The translations under genes and the position numbers were made by a program. From Cenococcum geophilum (lineage: Eukaryota), in assembly GCA_050273025.1 (NCBI GenBank), contig CP158636.1, positions 4,216,001 to 4,280,000 of the forward strand: DNA of 64,000 bases, given 5' to 3'. Below the pieces are notes generated by a model, which saw nothing but the letters and a program-made list of their open reading frames with translations, was not told where the DNA came from and made no database searches. Positions 26,876 through 38,600 of this stretch are shown one piece after another; position 1 is the first letter of the stretch, and each line of letters starts with the position of its first letter.

Positions 26876-27675
26876 CGTATAATATCTTAACTTTTAATAA
26901 AGTGTTTAAGAATCTAGGCTATAATCGTTAAGTAGTATATAGGGATAATTAAGGGTATTTCTTAATTTAATGCTTTTATAAAAGTATAAAACTCTAGCCA
27001 TTTTATATATAAGAAGGGAAGCTATTATACAATAATTAGATCTAGAAGTGCTTGCTTTATAGTATTTTAATATATTATACGCTTTAAAACCTTACCCTTA
27101 AGACCTTAAACTTCTCCTTTTACTAGAAGCTTTTAATATAGTTCTAAAAGAGATCTCTCCCCTTAATCTTTTACTGTTATATACTCCTAATTCTTTACCA
27201 GATTCCATTTAATATTATATTTTTTAAGATAGCCTTATAATCTAATAGTTAAGGAATAGTGTCCTTTTAGGTTTTAAGGAGGATAGTATTTATAAAAGTA
27301 GCGTTTCTTTATATAAGCCTTTTCTTCCTTTATTGCTATATGGGTATATTTATAAATTAAGGAGACTTGTCTTAAGATCTGTGTTATATAAGTAGTTAGG
27401 ATTAAACCAGTATTAGCTTTAGTCTTAACGCCACTTAAAAGGGTAGAAAGTGTATTAACTTTAAAGGAATTATTATCGTTAAAGTTTTTAGGGTAAATTT
27501 AACTAGTACTAGCTATATTTATAGCGTCGTATAATAGGGGGTAAAGGTTTAGTTTTGTAGTTAAAATTTTACGGATATCCAGATCTTATCCGGATATTAT
27601 CCGATATCCGGGCTATCCTCGGATAGGATTATTATCCGCCCGACCGGATAGGATAATCTATCCTCCGCAGGTCTG
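26876..27675 (-). mobile_element. hAT DNA transposon 5' end with transposase N-terminus relic
   Basis: Terminus CAGACCTGCGGAGG with clustered subterminal ATCCG/CGGAT motifs (27570-27665). Minus strand has a BED-finger-like relic and ALLDLIIV..LPF..I.W.EF.TF.KALN, typical of fungal hAT transposases. Confidence 0.78.
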
Positions 27676-27849
27676 GCATGAGTGCACGGTGCCGCATTCC
27701 GGCCTGTTTTTTCGGCGCCGAAGAGGCACCGTTTTCGCAAATTCGCAAAACTATAGTCCACTTTCTCACTCTCTGGTAACAGGTATGGCCATAATACTTA
27801 ACCATCCGCTCTATTCCGTCTAATCGGCACTTCTTCTTAGCTACGGATT

Positions 27850-28746
27850 ATGGACTCAGACTTTCAGGATGATCTAGTCCAAAGCTACTCGGAAACCGAA
27901 CTTATAAGGCACATTCTAGCGTCTCCATCGCTTGCACCCATCTCTAGTATACACCTGCTATCAAAGAATCTACTAGCTAAACATTACGAAGCTCCCCTAG
28001 TAGATGACGCGCTCAAAGCCATGGATACAGCTCATCGACTAGGCATTAGAGTTCCATGTGTGAAACGGACAATTCGAAGTGGGCACAACGTGTGGTGTAT
28101 TATGGAACGCATTTTGGGAGACACTCTAGAAATTGTGTGGAGTCGGTTGAGCTGGTTCGCAACAATTAAATTGTCTCTGCAGCTCCGCCATTTTGTCTGG
28201 TGTCTAAGGTCGTTAACCTCTTCAACCGCCGGATCATTGACAACTGGCCAATGCAGATCATTCTACCTGGAAGATCGCTTCGGCCTGCCTGCGAGGTCAG
28301 ATCCTAAGGACATTACATATTTTATTAGATTTTGGGTCGGCTTTAGCTCTATTCGACAAGCAATTAAGGCAGCAACTCAGGCCCCCGTGGAGCCTAAGGG
28401 ACGAATACCTCCAACAGCCAAATCCCTTGTTTTCACTCACCATGACCTTGCACCTCGAAATCTCCTGCTCGACCCTTCAGGTCAACTTTGGTTGCTCGAT
28501 TGGGACTTAGCAGGCTTCTATCCAATATATTTTGAGTACGCATCCATGCAGAACTTTCAGATGCCTCAAGACTGGAACCTGCTTTCAAAATTACGGTGGA
28601 ATTTATTCACTAGGGCCGCCGTTGGGCGGTATAGTCGGGATGCCCGTGTGCTAGAACAAATAAGGTCAAGATTCTCGCGCTTTGCTGTCGGCCGGCGGTT
28701 CGATCTGTTGCAGAATGGTGGCCCATCCAGACGTCATGTATCCTAA
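27850..28746 (+). CDS. Aminoglycoside phosphotransferase / choline kinase-like protein (protein-kinase-like fold), 298 aa, intronless
   Basis: Only long open ORF in the window, with normal GC and CpA/TpG content. Motifs RVP, IMERI.G.TL, FTHHDLAPRNLL (HxDxxxxN), LLDWDLAGFYP..FEY. Confidence 0.92.
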   Translation: MDSDFQDDLVQSYSETELIRHILASPSLAPISSIHLLSKNLLAKHYEAPLVDDALKAMDTAHRLGIRVPCVKRTIRSGHNVWCIMERILGDTLEIVWSRLSWFATIKLSLQLRHFVWCLRSLTSSTAGSLTTGQCRSFYLEDRFGLPARSDPKDITYFIRFWVGFSSIRQAIKAATQAPVEPKGRIPPTAKSLVFTHHDLAPRNLLLDPSGQLWLLDWDLAGFYPIYFEYASMQNFQMPQDWNLLSKLRWNLFTRAAVGRYSRDARVLEQIRSRFSRFAVGRRFDLLQNGGPSRRHVS

Positions 28747-29136
28747 ATTTGGCTAGACTTACATAGAAGGCATTACTAAAGGGCGTTGTGAGTCGCTCTA
28801 GATAACCTTAGCAACCTACAGCGGTTACTCAAATATGTTTCATTGGTATAACTCTTGAGATACCTCCTTATGTCCTCAATTCCAACGTTTACGAAACGCT
28901 TTAGAAAGTGCTATTTTCAAACTTTCAAGTAGCCGCCCGCCATAGTTATAATACTTCCGGAACCACACAAAACAGCTTAGTATCTGCCTCTTGAGTGCAG
29001 CTAAAGAGTTGCATTAAGCTGCATACCCAAGATTCGGGAGTAACAAATGGGCTCCGGACCTCCCAGGGTTGCACACAGTCAACGTAAACTCGCACTATAT
29101 TAATTATTTTATATACTAATTTCCTAATTAGGATTA

Positions 29137-29346
29137 ACGTCTTAGCCACCCAGACAAGACAGCCACCCGCCCGAGACAGTGCACGGGCCTCCTACGAAAA
29201 TTAAAATCAAATTGATATTAAAATCAACCCCAAAATCAACCTAAATTAACCCTATTATATAAATACACTATAATCCATTAGTAGTTCCTTCTAAACCTTC
29301 TTTATAAAGGTAATAACCCCCTATAATACAGCCTTCCTTTCCTTTA
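29137..29346 (+). mobile_element. Probable left end of a pogo/Fot1-type DNA transposon
   Basis: TA followed by ACGTC..., with internal direct repeats (AGCCACCC x2, AGACAG x2) and AAATCAA repeats; cut by A3. No partner TIR seen. Confidence 0.5.
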
Positions 29347-30878
29347 TATAACGAAGCCTTATAGGAAATACTACGGTAGACTTATTAATGGGCTAGGTAT
29401 ATAGGTATAGAATAGTTAACAATATAAACATAACTCGTGGAGTGGTTACCTAATAGATTTGTCCTTAAAGATATCTCTTATCTCTAAGTCGTCTATTAAA
29501 GGTATAGCATTCCTATCTTTAATTTAATAACCTTTATTATTTTTAATACCTCCTATTAGGTCCTCTATGTCTAATTATTATAATTAGCTAGTGATATTTA
29601 TTCTTTCTCTAGGTAAAGTTATACTATTCTATTCTTATTATACGGAGAAGAAGTTAGTATATATTATAATTGCGGCTCTATCTAGTCGCTAACCTTCTTT
29701 TTATATAGAGTGTACGTAAGTAAATATATGGTTATCCTGTAATGTTTAATCTGTCTTTAATGGTAAGTATATATATTTTATTATCCTTTATAACCGTTTA
29801 GTTCCTTATTTAATCTACTTTAGGGTTTTACATATTAATAGCGGCTAAAAGACCAGAGAGTAAGCTAGCTAAGGCTCTTACTAAGGTTTAACGTCGTTTT
29901 AATAAAGCGTCTTAGGCCCTAAAAGCTTAACTAAATACTTATACTTAGTTATCTTATCTAGCAAAAGTTTATAAGAAGGTACACTCTAAAGAGTTATATC
30001 TTATTAAGTAAGGTCTTTTTAAGCTTAAGGCTAAGGAGGCTAAAAAGGATTTTAATTAAAAAGAGGCGGAAATAACTTATACGCTAGTAGTAGATCCCTT
30101 AGATAATCTGGCTCGTCTATTACCTTTAACTAATCCTTTTATTTTTAGCTCCTTCTTAATATTACCTAACCCGTTCTCTTTTAATACTCCTATACCTTTT
30201 CCGTAGCGTTCTTTAAGTTCTATAGTAATTTCTAGGTAGTCTTATTATAGCCTATCTACTTAACCTTATACTATATCTTATTGTTAACGTCCTTATAACT
30301 AATAATCTTTAAAACTTACTATTTATCTTCTTCTTATCCTCTATATGTCTACTTTATAAATTAGTAACTTAACATTCCTATATACTAGCTCTAGCATTAT
30401 AATATACTATATAAGGTAGATCTTTATTCTAGCTAGTAAGTTTAACTTAAATATAATTGGTAAAATTCTCTATATAATTTTAAAAGGTCCCAGCCTAATA
30501 TAGTCCAATTTCTTACTTAATCGTTAACCCTTAAAAATTTTGTATAGTAGCTATACTTTATCCCCCTCCCTAAGATCTAGCCCCTTAGATCTCTTAATAT
30601 TATAGTACCTTTTTATTTTCTCTTATGCTACTTTCGCTAATTCTATAAGGTCTATATAAAGATTTATTAACATCTTTATCCTTTTTTTAGCTATACTACT
30701 TATTTTCTTTACTTGCTATAGTAATAACGATATTCTTAGCTTATATTTGTAATTTGCCTTAAATAGTAATATACCTATTCCTTTTTATAGTATTGTATTA
30801 TATATAAATTATATAACTAGTAATAATAATACCTAATTATTCTATATATAATTAATATAATGCCTTAGATACTATTCT
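29347..30878 (-). mobile_element. Family A copy A3, 3' fragment (partial LTR, antisense gene at 29546-~30140 on +, chromodomain, integrase end)
   Basis: Reverse complement of the A2 3' region without the MITE. LTR end at 29347. A deletion at ~29460 removes U3 and the PPT. Confidence 0.88.
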
Positions 30879-32677
30879 TGTTTATATTAATTTAATAATA
30901 TAAGTAAGTCATATCCAGGGGCACGAAATACATAGGAAATCCCTTCTAAGGTACCTTCTAGACTGCCTTCTAAACGGTGCTCTAAGCTAGCCATAAGTCC
31001 TATTTATGGTCCGTAAAATAAACCGTACAGCCTTCTAACGGGCCGTAAATAAACCGCAAGTACTCGTTCCACCCATTTTATAACCTTTAGATTGAGCTTA
31101 TTTATGTTAATTAGGGTTTTAAGAGCTTAGCACGGCTTTGCCTTAGTTATAGCGTCTACTAGGTTATCTTCGCCGCTAATCCATTTAACCTCTATAATCT
31201 TATGTCGTTCGTAGGCCTAATATAAGCACATTAGGTCGACTATAAGCCTCTTCTCTTATGTCGTACCTAGTTTAACTAGGCAGTCGTAGAGGGACTTTAA
31301 ATCGGTATATAAAACTAGGGGTAACTACCCCAATTATAGAATCTTCTAGATTGTTAATTTAATTGCGGCTACTATATTAAGGCTATAAGTTAGTATATAT
31401 AGTTTAGAAGCTAATACACTGTGGGTTACTCGTTTACATTTAATTAAAGACCAATATAGTATATTTATGTCCTAATTATAGTCTGTAAGTACAATTACGA
31501 AGCTAATTTGTAATAATAGGTCTCTGTCATTAGCGAAGGAGGCGTTTATAAATACCAGTACACTAAGGGAATTTAGGTTTAGTGGTATAAAAGTAAGTCC
31601 TCTTATTATATTGTCAATTTGCCACTAAATACGCTTATTAAGCTGCTTAATATTTTCCTTTTATAGATCTATTACCTAGGCCGTAAAGGATAAATTATAG
31701 GCAGATTTAGGTTAACAAACTATAGTAATATAGGCGCCTCTTACACGCTATACAACGTATTAGTCCTTTATATTTACGGTTTTATAGGTCTCTTTATAGG
31801 AACTAGTAAGGTCCATAGGCTTTACTATAACAAGCCTTAGGTTTTAAGCTTAGCGTTCTTAAGTTAGCTAGATTAGGTTATCCTTTTATATAATTAAACC
31901 TCTATTAAACTTAATTAGAGTCTACTTAGTTAACTACTCTCGCGGCTTTACTAGGAATTTAGCCTTTTATAGCTTAGTCTCTTTAATATCCGCAAAAGTC
32001 CAGTTCGCTAAAAAGAGGGTATTATCTATTTAGAGTCTAATAATACTAAGGCCGTTTAATAGGGTGTATAGAAGGCAGGGGTTATATATTAACTGCTCTA
32101 TCTTAAGTTTACGGACGTAATACTAGTGGTATATCTTAAATTAGTGGTTTCTAGCTTCTAGTACTCCGTAAAGGGGTTTTATAACCTATAAAATTATTCC
32201 TAGTTGCAAATTAAGCTTAAGGGATAGTTGTATGTAGATGTCTCTACTTAAGTAGGTGTTAGACTGTATATAGGCTTATAAGATGTCCCGTAAGTAGAGG
32301 GCTATAGGTTTAGTTTACTATAGCCTAGGCGTAAGTGTAAGTATAATCCGTTAACTAACTTATTAAATTATAGGTAATTATATAAGGACTAAGTCCTTTC
32401 CCTAGTTATTATAAGCTTATATAATAAGCCTTAATTTCTTAAAGGCTTTGTTAGTACTAAGGTGCTTAATCTTATTAATAAAGCGTAAGTTAAATATACG
32501 GACGCCTTACGGGACGTCTTTCTCTATTATAACCGTAAAGACGCCCTTTTTAAGTAGTCTATTAATCTCTTTACATTATAAGTCCGTAAAAGGGGTTTCC
32601 TATATTAGAACTAATATATTTATAGATAGGGGTTATCTTACAGATATACCTATAAAGGTTAGGTAATTCTTTATTAT

Positions 32678-35600
32678 TATTATAGACGCTTTAAGTACGA
32701 TATTACAACTACTAGGGAGGGAGTTAGAAGAAGCTAGTTAGTTAATATAAGTATGGTCTAGAATGGAGCCGATAGAGCTATGTAACGAGGAATGGTAACT
32801 AAGGTTATATAACGTAATCTATATAATCTATAGGATCCGTAGGATCTGTAATAAAGTAAATAGAGTATACGTACCTTACGTACTAAGGGGATTTCTTAGG
32901 AGTACGGTTGTGTATTTAAAGGACTATAGTCCCTACCTAGATAGTTCTCTCCTTTGTAGTTAATCTATTAGGCAACCACTCCACTAGTTATTATTACGTT
33001 ATTAACTTCCTATTTACCTATATACCTAGCCCATTAATAAGTTTACCGTAGTTCCTACTATAAGGCTTCGTTATACATTCACTACCAAGGTTATAGTATT
33101 AATAAAGTTAAATAATATGCCACTAAAAGTAGCCACTATAACGCCATCGATGGCGGCAACTACTTTAAGGTTAGGAAACGACACTAGTATAGCAGATACT
33201 AACTTATAGCAACCTATAACGGTTGGATAACTATAAGAGATAGTTAACTAGCTAATGGAAAATAATATAATGTTAAAAAATAGGATTAACGGGATAGGAG
33301 TAGTAAAGATTAAGTTACTATTAATTAAAAGGTACTTAGGGGAAAGATTAAAACTTAAAGGATTCCTTATGTAAATGCACTTTAAGGTTATATAAGAAGG
33401 AGCGAAGCTGCTAATACCTATAGATCGAATAGCATATATGGGATTATTCCTGTTAAAAAGGGCACTTAAGTGGTTTAAGCCTTACCTTACGGAAATATAA
33501 GTAAGTAGAGTAATAACCACTAATTAAGAAGTACGGTTTATATTTATAAGCTAAGAAGGGTTTATAAAGCAACTTATACAAATGTTTAGAGACCTAGAGG
33601 CAGTAACTATAGCGAAAAGAAAACTCTAAGACACTACGCAATAAACCTTAGCAATTAAGTATATAATATAGTTCTAGACATTATTAATATAAGTTAAGTA
33701 AAATAATAAGGCGCTTATAGTATAGTATAAGCAAGGACTTAAGGCTAAAATCTAGAACGCGATTATCCTAATAGAAGATGTGGAAACCCTATAGGAACTA
33801 ATAGATTAAGTAATTAAAATTAACAATTGGATCTACTAAAGGGAGACGGCCAAGAGGGGCTAAGATAGAATTCTATAGTTATATAAGGCGTAGAGTACGT
33901 AACGACTAAAGCTAAATTAGAAACTATAGTATGGCGTAGAGCTAATAGACCTAAGTAGTACTAGAAAATCTAAAAGATGGAATAAGAAATTATGGAAACC
34001 TAAAGGACAAGAATTAAGTAATTAAAGGTCTAAAAAGCAGAGGCTAAACTAGGGATCTTAGCAGCAGAAGACGTTTAGGCGGACTCTATAGCAAGAAAAA
34101 TAGTTTAAAAAAGGAGCTTATATAAATTGCAAAAAATAAGATTATTACGTTAAAGACTATAAAAGTAGGTAGAGCCACTATATAGTAAAAGGAACGAGAC
34201 TAGTAGACAATATATATATATAGAGGGATAATAATATGCTATAAGGAACAAAAGAGTATTTAATTAAAAGTTTTGCGTTTTGTTATAACAATATATACTA
34301 AATTAATAAGGACGCTAAGTACGGCGCAAGCTATTAGCTATAAGAGCTATAATTAGCAGAATATAAAGGAACTAATAAACTAGTTTACAGATCGGACATT
34401 AAAGATAACAAGTTTAATACAGGCGAAACATTCCATAATAATAAGGTAATAAAGGCGGCTTACTAGAAGTATATAGACCTTAAAGATATTATATAAAAAG
34501 CAGAGGATAATTCCACTATAGAATAGGGAACATTAGTAGGGATTAAGACCCCACTAGATATAATATCTATTGCTTTATAAAACGTAAGAGAAGTAGGATA
34601 GTAAACCACTTTAGCACTTAATAAAGGCAAAAGGCCAAAGGCTTAAGATTCTTAAGATAAGATAAGGCAAGCTTAAGGACCCATAATAGACGATAACCGA
34701 TGGAGTAGAGTAACGGCTTAGTTTAGTAATATATAAATAAGCTTAGGACAAAGTTTCCTAAAGGTATAAGATTCTTAAGATAAGATAAGTGAGATTTAAA
34801 ACTCTTAAGATAAGATAAGAATACTAATAAAGCCTAGTTGGACTAAGGCTAGAGTAAAGCTTAAGATAGAAGCAAGCTTAGGATTAAGAATTCTATAGGA
34901 CTAAGATTTTAGCAACAGAATAAGGACTATTAAAGAAATTATAAGTAAGGCTTAGTAACAGGATTAAAATATTAATACTAAGATTAAGAAGTAAGAAGAC
35001 TTTAAGGATCTATCTATAAGACGCAAACTAAAAGAAACCATAGAAGAATTTAGATAAAGAATTATCGCATAGCAAGAATAGAAACTAGATAAGAGATCTA
35101 GCGTATTAGGTTATATAAGGGATAGAGCACCCGTATAAAGAATTACTAATAGGCCTAGGGCAGGCATATTAAGAGCTAAGTAGCTTATTAAACTAGAAAA
35201 TAAAGAGGATCTAAAAATCCTTATTAGGTTTAAAGAATAATATATAAAGGGCTGTTACGATATAGTAATAAGAAGATACTTCCTTACGGATAAGCCGTAT
35301 ACACTTTAGTAGCTATACTAAAAGTAGTATAGGCAACGACATAATGACGAGTAGGAAGATTTCTATATATAGTTAAATAAATAAGTTATCCAGGACCACC
35401 TAATTATAGAAAAGGCTATAACTTATATTAAAGGAGCCTTAATTATAACGTTAAAGGATTTAGAGGAATAATTAGAAGACTAAAGGAGTAAGAGATATAT
35501 CTTAGTACCTGCGAATAAAGTTGTAATATTTAGATTAATACGGCAACGGTTTAAACTTAAAGACGAAAACAAATTAAGAGTTAACCTAAAGCACCTAGTA

Positions 35601-38600
35601 TACTATACGCTATTATAGATTATATACGTGGATAATATATACGAAATGTATAAAAATCTAAAGAAAAAGAATTGGAAATACCCTATAAGGATATATTAGG
35701 CGCTAGATAAGTAATAGTATAGAAATACTAAATATATATACGGCTGGCATTAGCAGAAGTTTAAGAGTTAGGAGACTTAATACTTTAACTAAAAAGATTT
35801 CTTATAGAAGAATGCCTAGATAGATAATAGTAGTGGGAATGTCTAGAGAATATATGTCTATAGTATATTAAAGACAAAAAACGAACTAAATATTGGCTAA
35901 AGAGCAAGCCAAGTATATAAGGATTAAGCAGCTAATAGTTAGGAAAAGTAGAGGCCTATAGGACTAGAGGAAGCTAATAGTAGAGCCTTAGACCCTTAAA
36001 GGAATTTAAGGATAATACCTAAATTTATAAATTAAATGGTAAGATTAGCAGTTTAAAGCGCTAATAGATAGTAGAGTAACGCGGAACTATATCTCTCTAG
36101 CAGCAGTTAAGAGAATAGGATTGCCTTATAAACAGAACAAGCAACCTTATCTATTAGTTACGATTTTAGGAGATCCAATAACCTATAGAGGAGGGATTAT
36201 TAATCTTAAAACAGGATCTATTTAGATAACTATTAAAGGGAGATAAATTAAGATATCTTTTAATATCCTATTATTAGGACGGGATAAGGCAGTATTAGAA
36301 ATACCTTAGTTATAGAAATATAACCTAAGGATTAATTAGATTATAGGTTAAGTTAATATTAAAGATACTTAACGCCGCAAAATATAATAATAAACTAAGT
36401 TAGTATAGTACTAAGTTAGAGCGATATATAAAGAGACTAAGTAAGGCTTAAGTTATATACTAAAAAGATACTATAAGTATAGTAAGAAACTATAGAGCCT
36501 AGAAAGTAAAAAGTTAGTAGATTATACAGTATAGGACTATAAGATAGAGTTAGAACTAGGAATAAGTTTAAGGTTCTTTTTAACCTATAAGCTTACTAAA
36601 GAAGAGTCTAGAGCACTTAAAGAGTTTATTTAAGAAAACTTATAAAAGGGATATATTAGACTATTGTAGTTATTAGTAGGTTATCCAGTACTGTTTATAT
36701 TAAAGTAAAACGGAAAACTTAGGTTATACATTAACTATAGGCAGTTAAATAGCATTACTTAAAAGGATAGGTATCCTTTACCCTTAATTAGCGAAATCTA
36801 GGATTGGATAGGTAATACGCAAATCTTTATAAAGATAGATCTAAGATAGGTATACCATTAGATCAAAATCAAGGAGGGCAATAAATAGAAGATAGCTTTT
36901 AGATTAAGAGAAGGGCTATATAAACCATTAGTTATACAATTTAGATTAATAAATATACCGATAACATTTCAGAAACGAATTAATAGTGTATTAGAAGAAC
37001 AACTTAATAAGTTTATTATAGTATACCTTAATATTATTATTATCTACTTAATAACTAAGGAAGAACACGGGGAACACGTTAAATAGGTCTTAAAGAGACT
37101 ATAGAAGGAATAGATACTAGTAGTAATTAAGAAATATAAGTTCTTTATAAGGAAAACTAATTTTGTCGGATTTATTATTAAACTAGGTTATATTAGTATA
37201 GACCTAAAGAAGATTAAAGCCATAGTAAGTTAGCAAAAACTAGAAAATATAACGCAGTTAAGGTTATTTTTAGGGTTTTATAACTACTATAGAAGGTTTA
37301 TAGCATAATGGTTGAAGAATATTAAATCGTTTACTAGGCTTATAAAGAAAGAGAAACTATAGGTATGGGGAAATAAATAAAAGAAGTTGTTTAAGGAACT
37401 TAAGGAGTTGTTTACCTAGGAGCTAATCCTTAAGATCTATTAATTAGGACTAAATATAGTTGTAGAAATAAATATATTAAACTACGCACTAGGAGTATAC
37501 TTGCTATAAAAACACAAGGATATATAGCATCCAGTATTATATTATAGTTAAAAGATAACACTACTAGAGTTAAACTATAATGTCTATAATAAGGAGTTAT
37601 TAGGTATAGTTATAGCACTTAAGGAATAAAGAGCATTCTTATAAGGCGTAAAGAAACTATTTATAATTAAGATGGATTATAAAAACCTAACGGGGTTCCT
37701 AATAACAAAAGAACTTAATTATAAATAGGTTAAATAGGCAGAAATACTTACAAAATACCATTTTAAGATTTAGTATACTAAAGGAACTAAAAATATAAAA
37801 GTAGATATACTTAGCAGAAAAGCTAAACTATAAAATACTAAGAAACTATTAGGAGCAATACTACGCAGAGATAAGAATAGATAGATTAGATATAATTACC
37901 CTAAGTTAGCAGCAACTTAAAAAGATAATAAACTAGAAAAAGTCTATAAGATATTAAAGAGCTTTTAAGTATAAAGAATTCTAAAAGTATAGCTAAAAGA
38001 TCTATAGATAGATATATACGAAAATTAAGAAGCGAAGTATATCCTAAAAAGCATAGCAGAGCATTTCGTGGAAGACTTTTATAAGGGAATAACTTAAGGA
38101 CATAATAGAGCAACAGGCTTAATATTAAGACTTTAAAAAGAATACATTATTAACAGAATCTAAAATATCGCAAAAAAAGTAATAAAGGAATATTTAAATT
38201 ACTAAAGAAATAAACTAATAAGGTATAAGCTATACGGAGGGCTATAGCCTATTAAAATACTAGAGAGACTATAGGAGGTTATATTATAGGACTTTATTAT
38301 TAAGTTACTAAAGTTAAGAGATCCTATTACTAAATAAGAATATAACGCGATCTTAGTAATAATAGACAAGTTAACTAAATAGGGCTACTTTATAGCATGC
38401 ATAGAAGAAATCTCAGCGGAAGATGTTGCTAAAATCTATATTAAAGAAGTGTTTATAAAACATAGAGCACTAAGTAAGATTATATTAGATAGAGATCTAA
38501 AATTTATAGTAGTATTCTAGAAAGTATTCTTAGCAGAGTAAAGAGTTAGAGTAGTAACTTCTACTATATATTATCCGCAGACGGATAGTTAAATAAAAAG

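Noticed and set aside
28946..29149. 67-aa minus-strand ORF next to the kinase gene
   Set aside because: It starts inside the pogo-like end at a non-ATG codon and has no recognisable motif. It could be a fragment of a truncated neighbour but cannot be supported.
27570..29346. Kinase gene as cargo of a single composite transposon
   Set aside because: The flanking ends belong to different superfamilies (hAT CAG.. and pogo ACGT..), both elements extend away from the gene, and there is no shared TSD.
4494..38113. Short ORFs at 4494, 7959, 13173, 18174, 32448 and 37901
   Set aside because: They are antisense shadows of RIP-mutated gag/pol or LTR sequence, with I/L/Y/S-biased composition.
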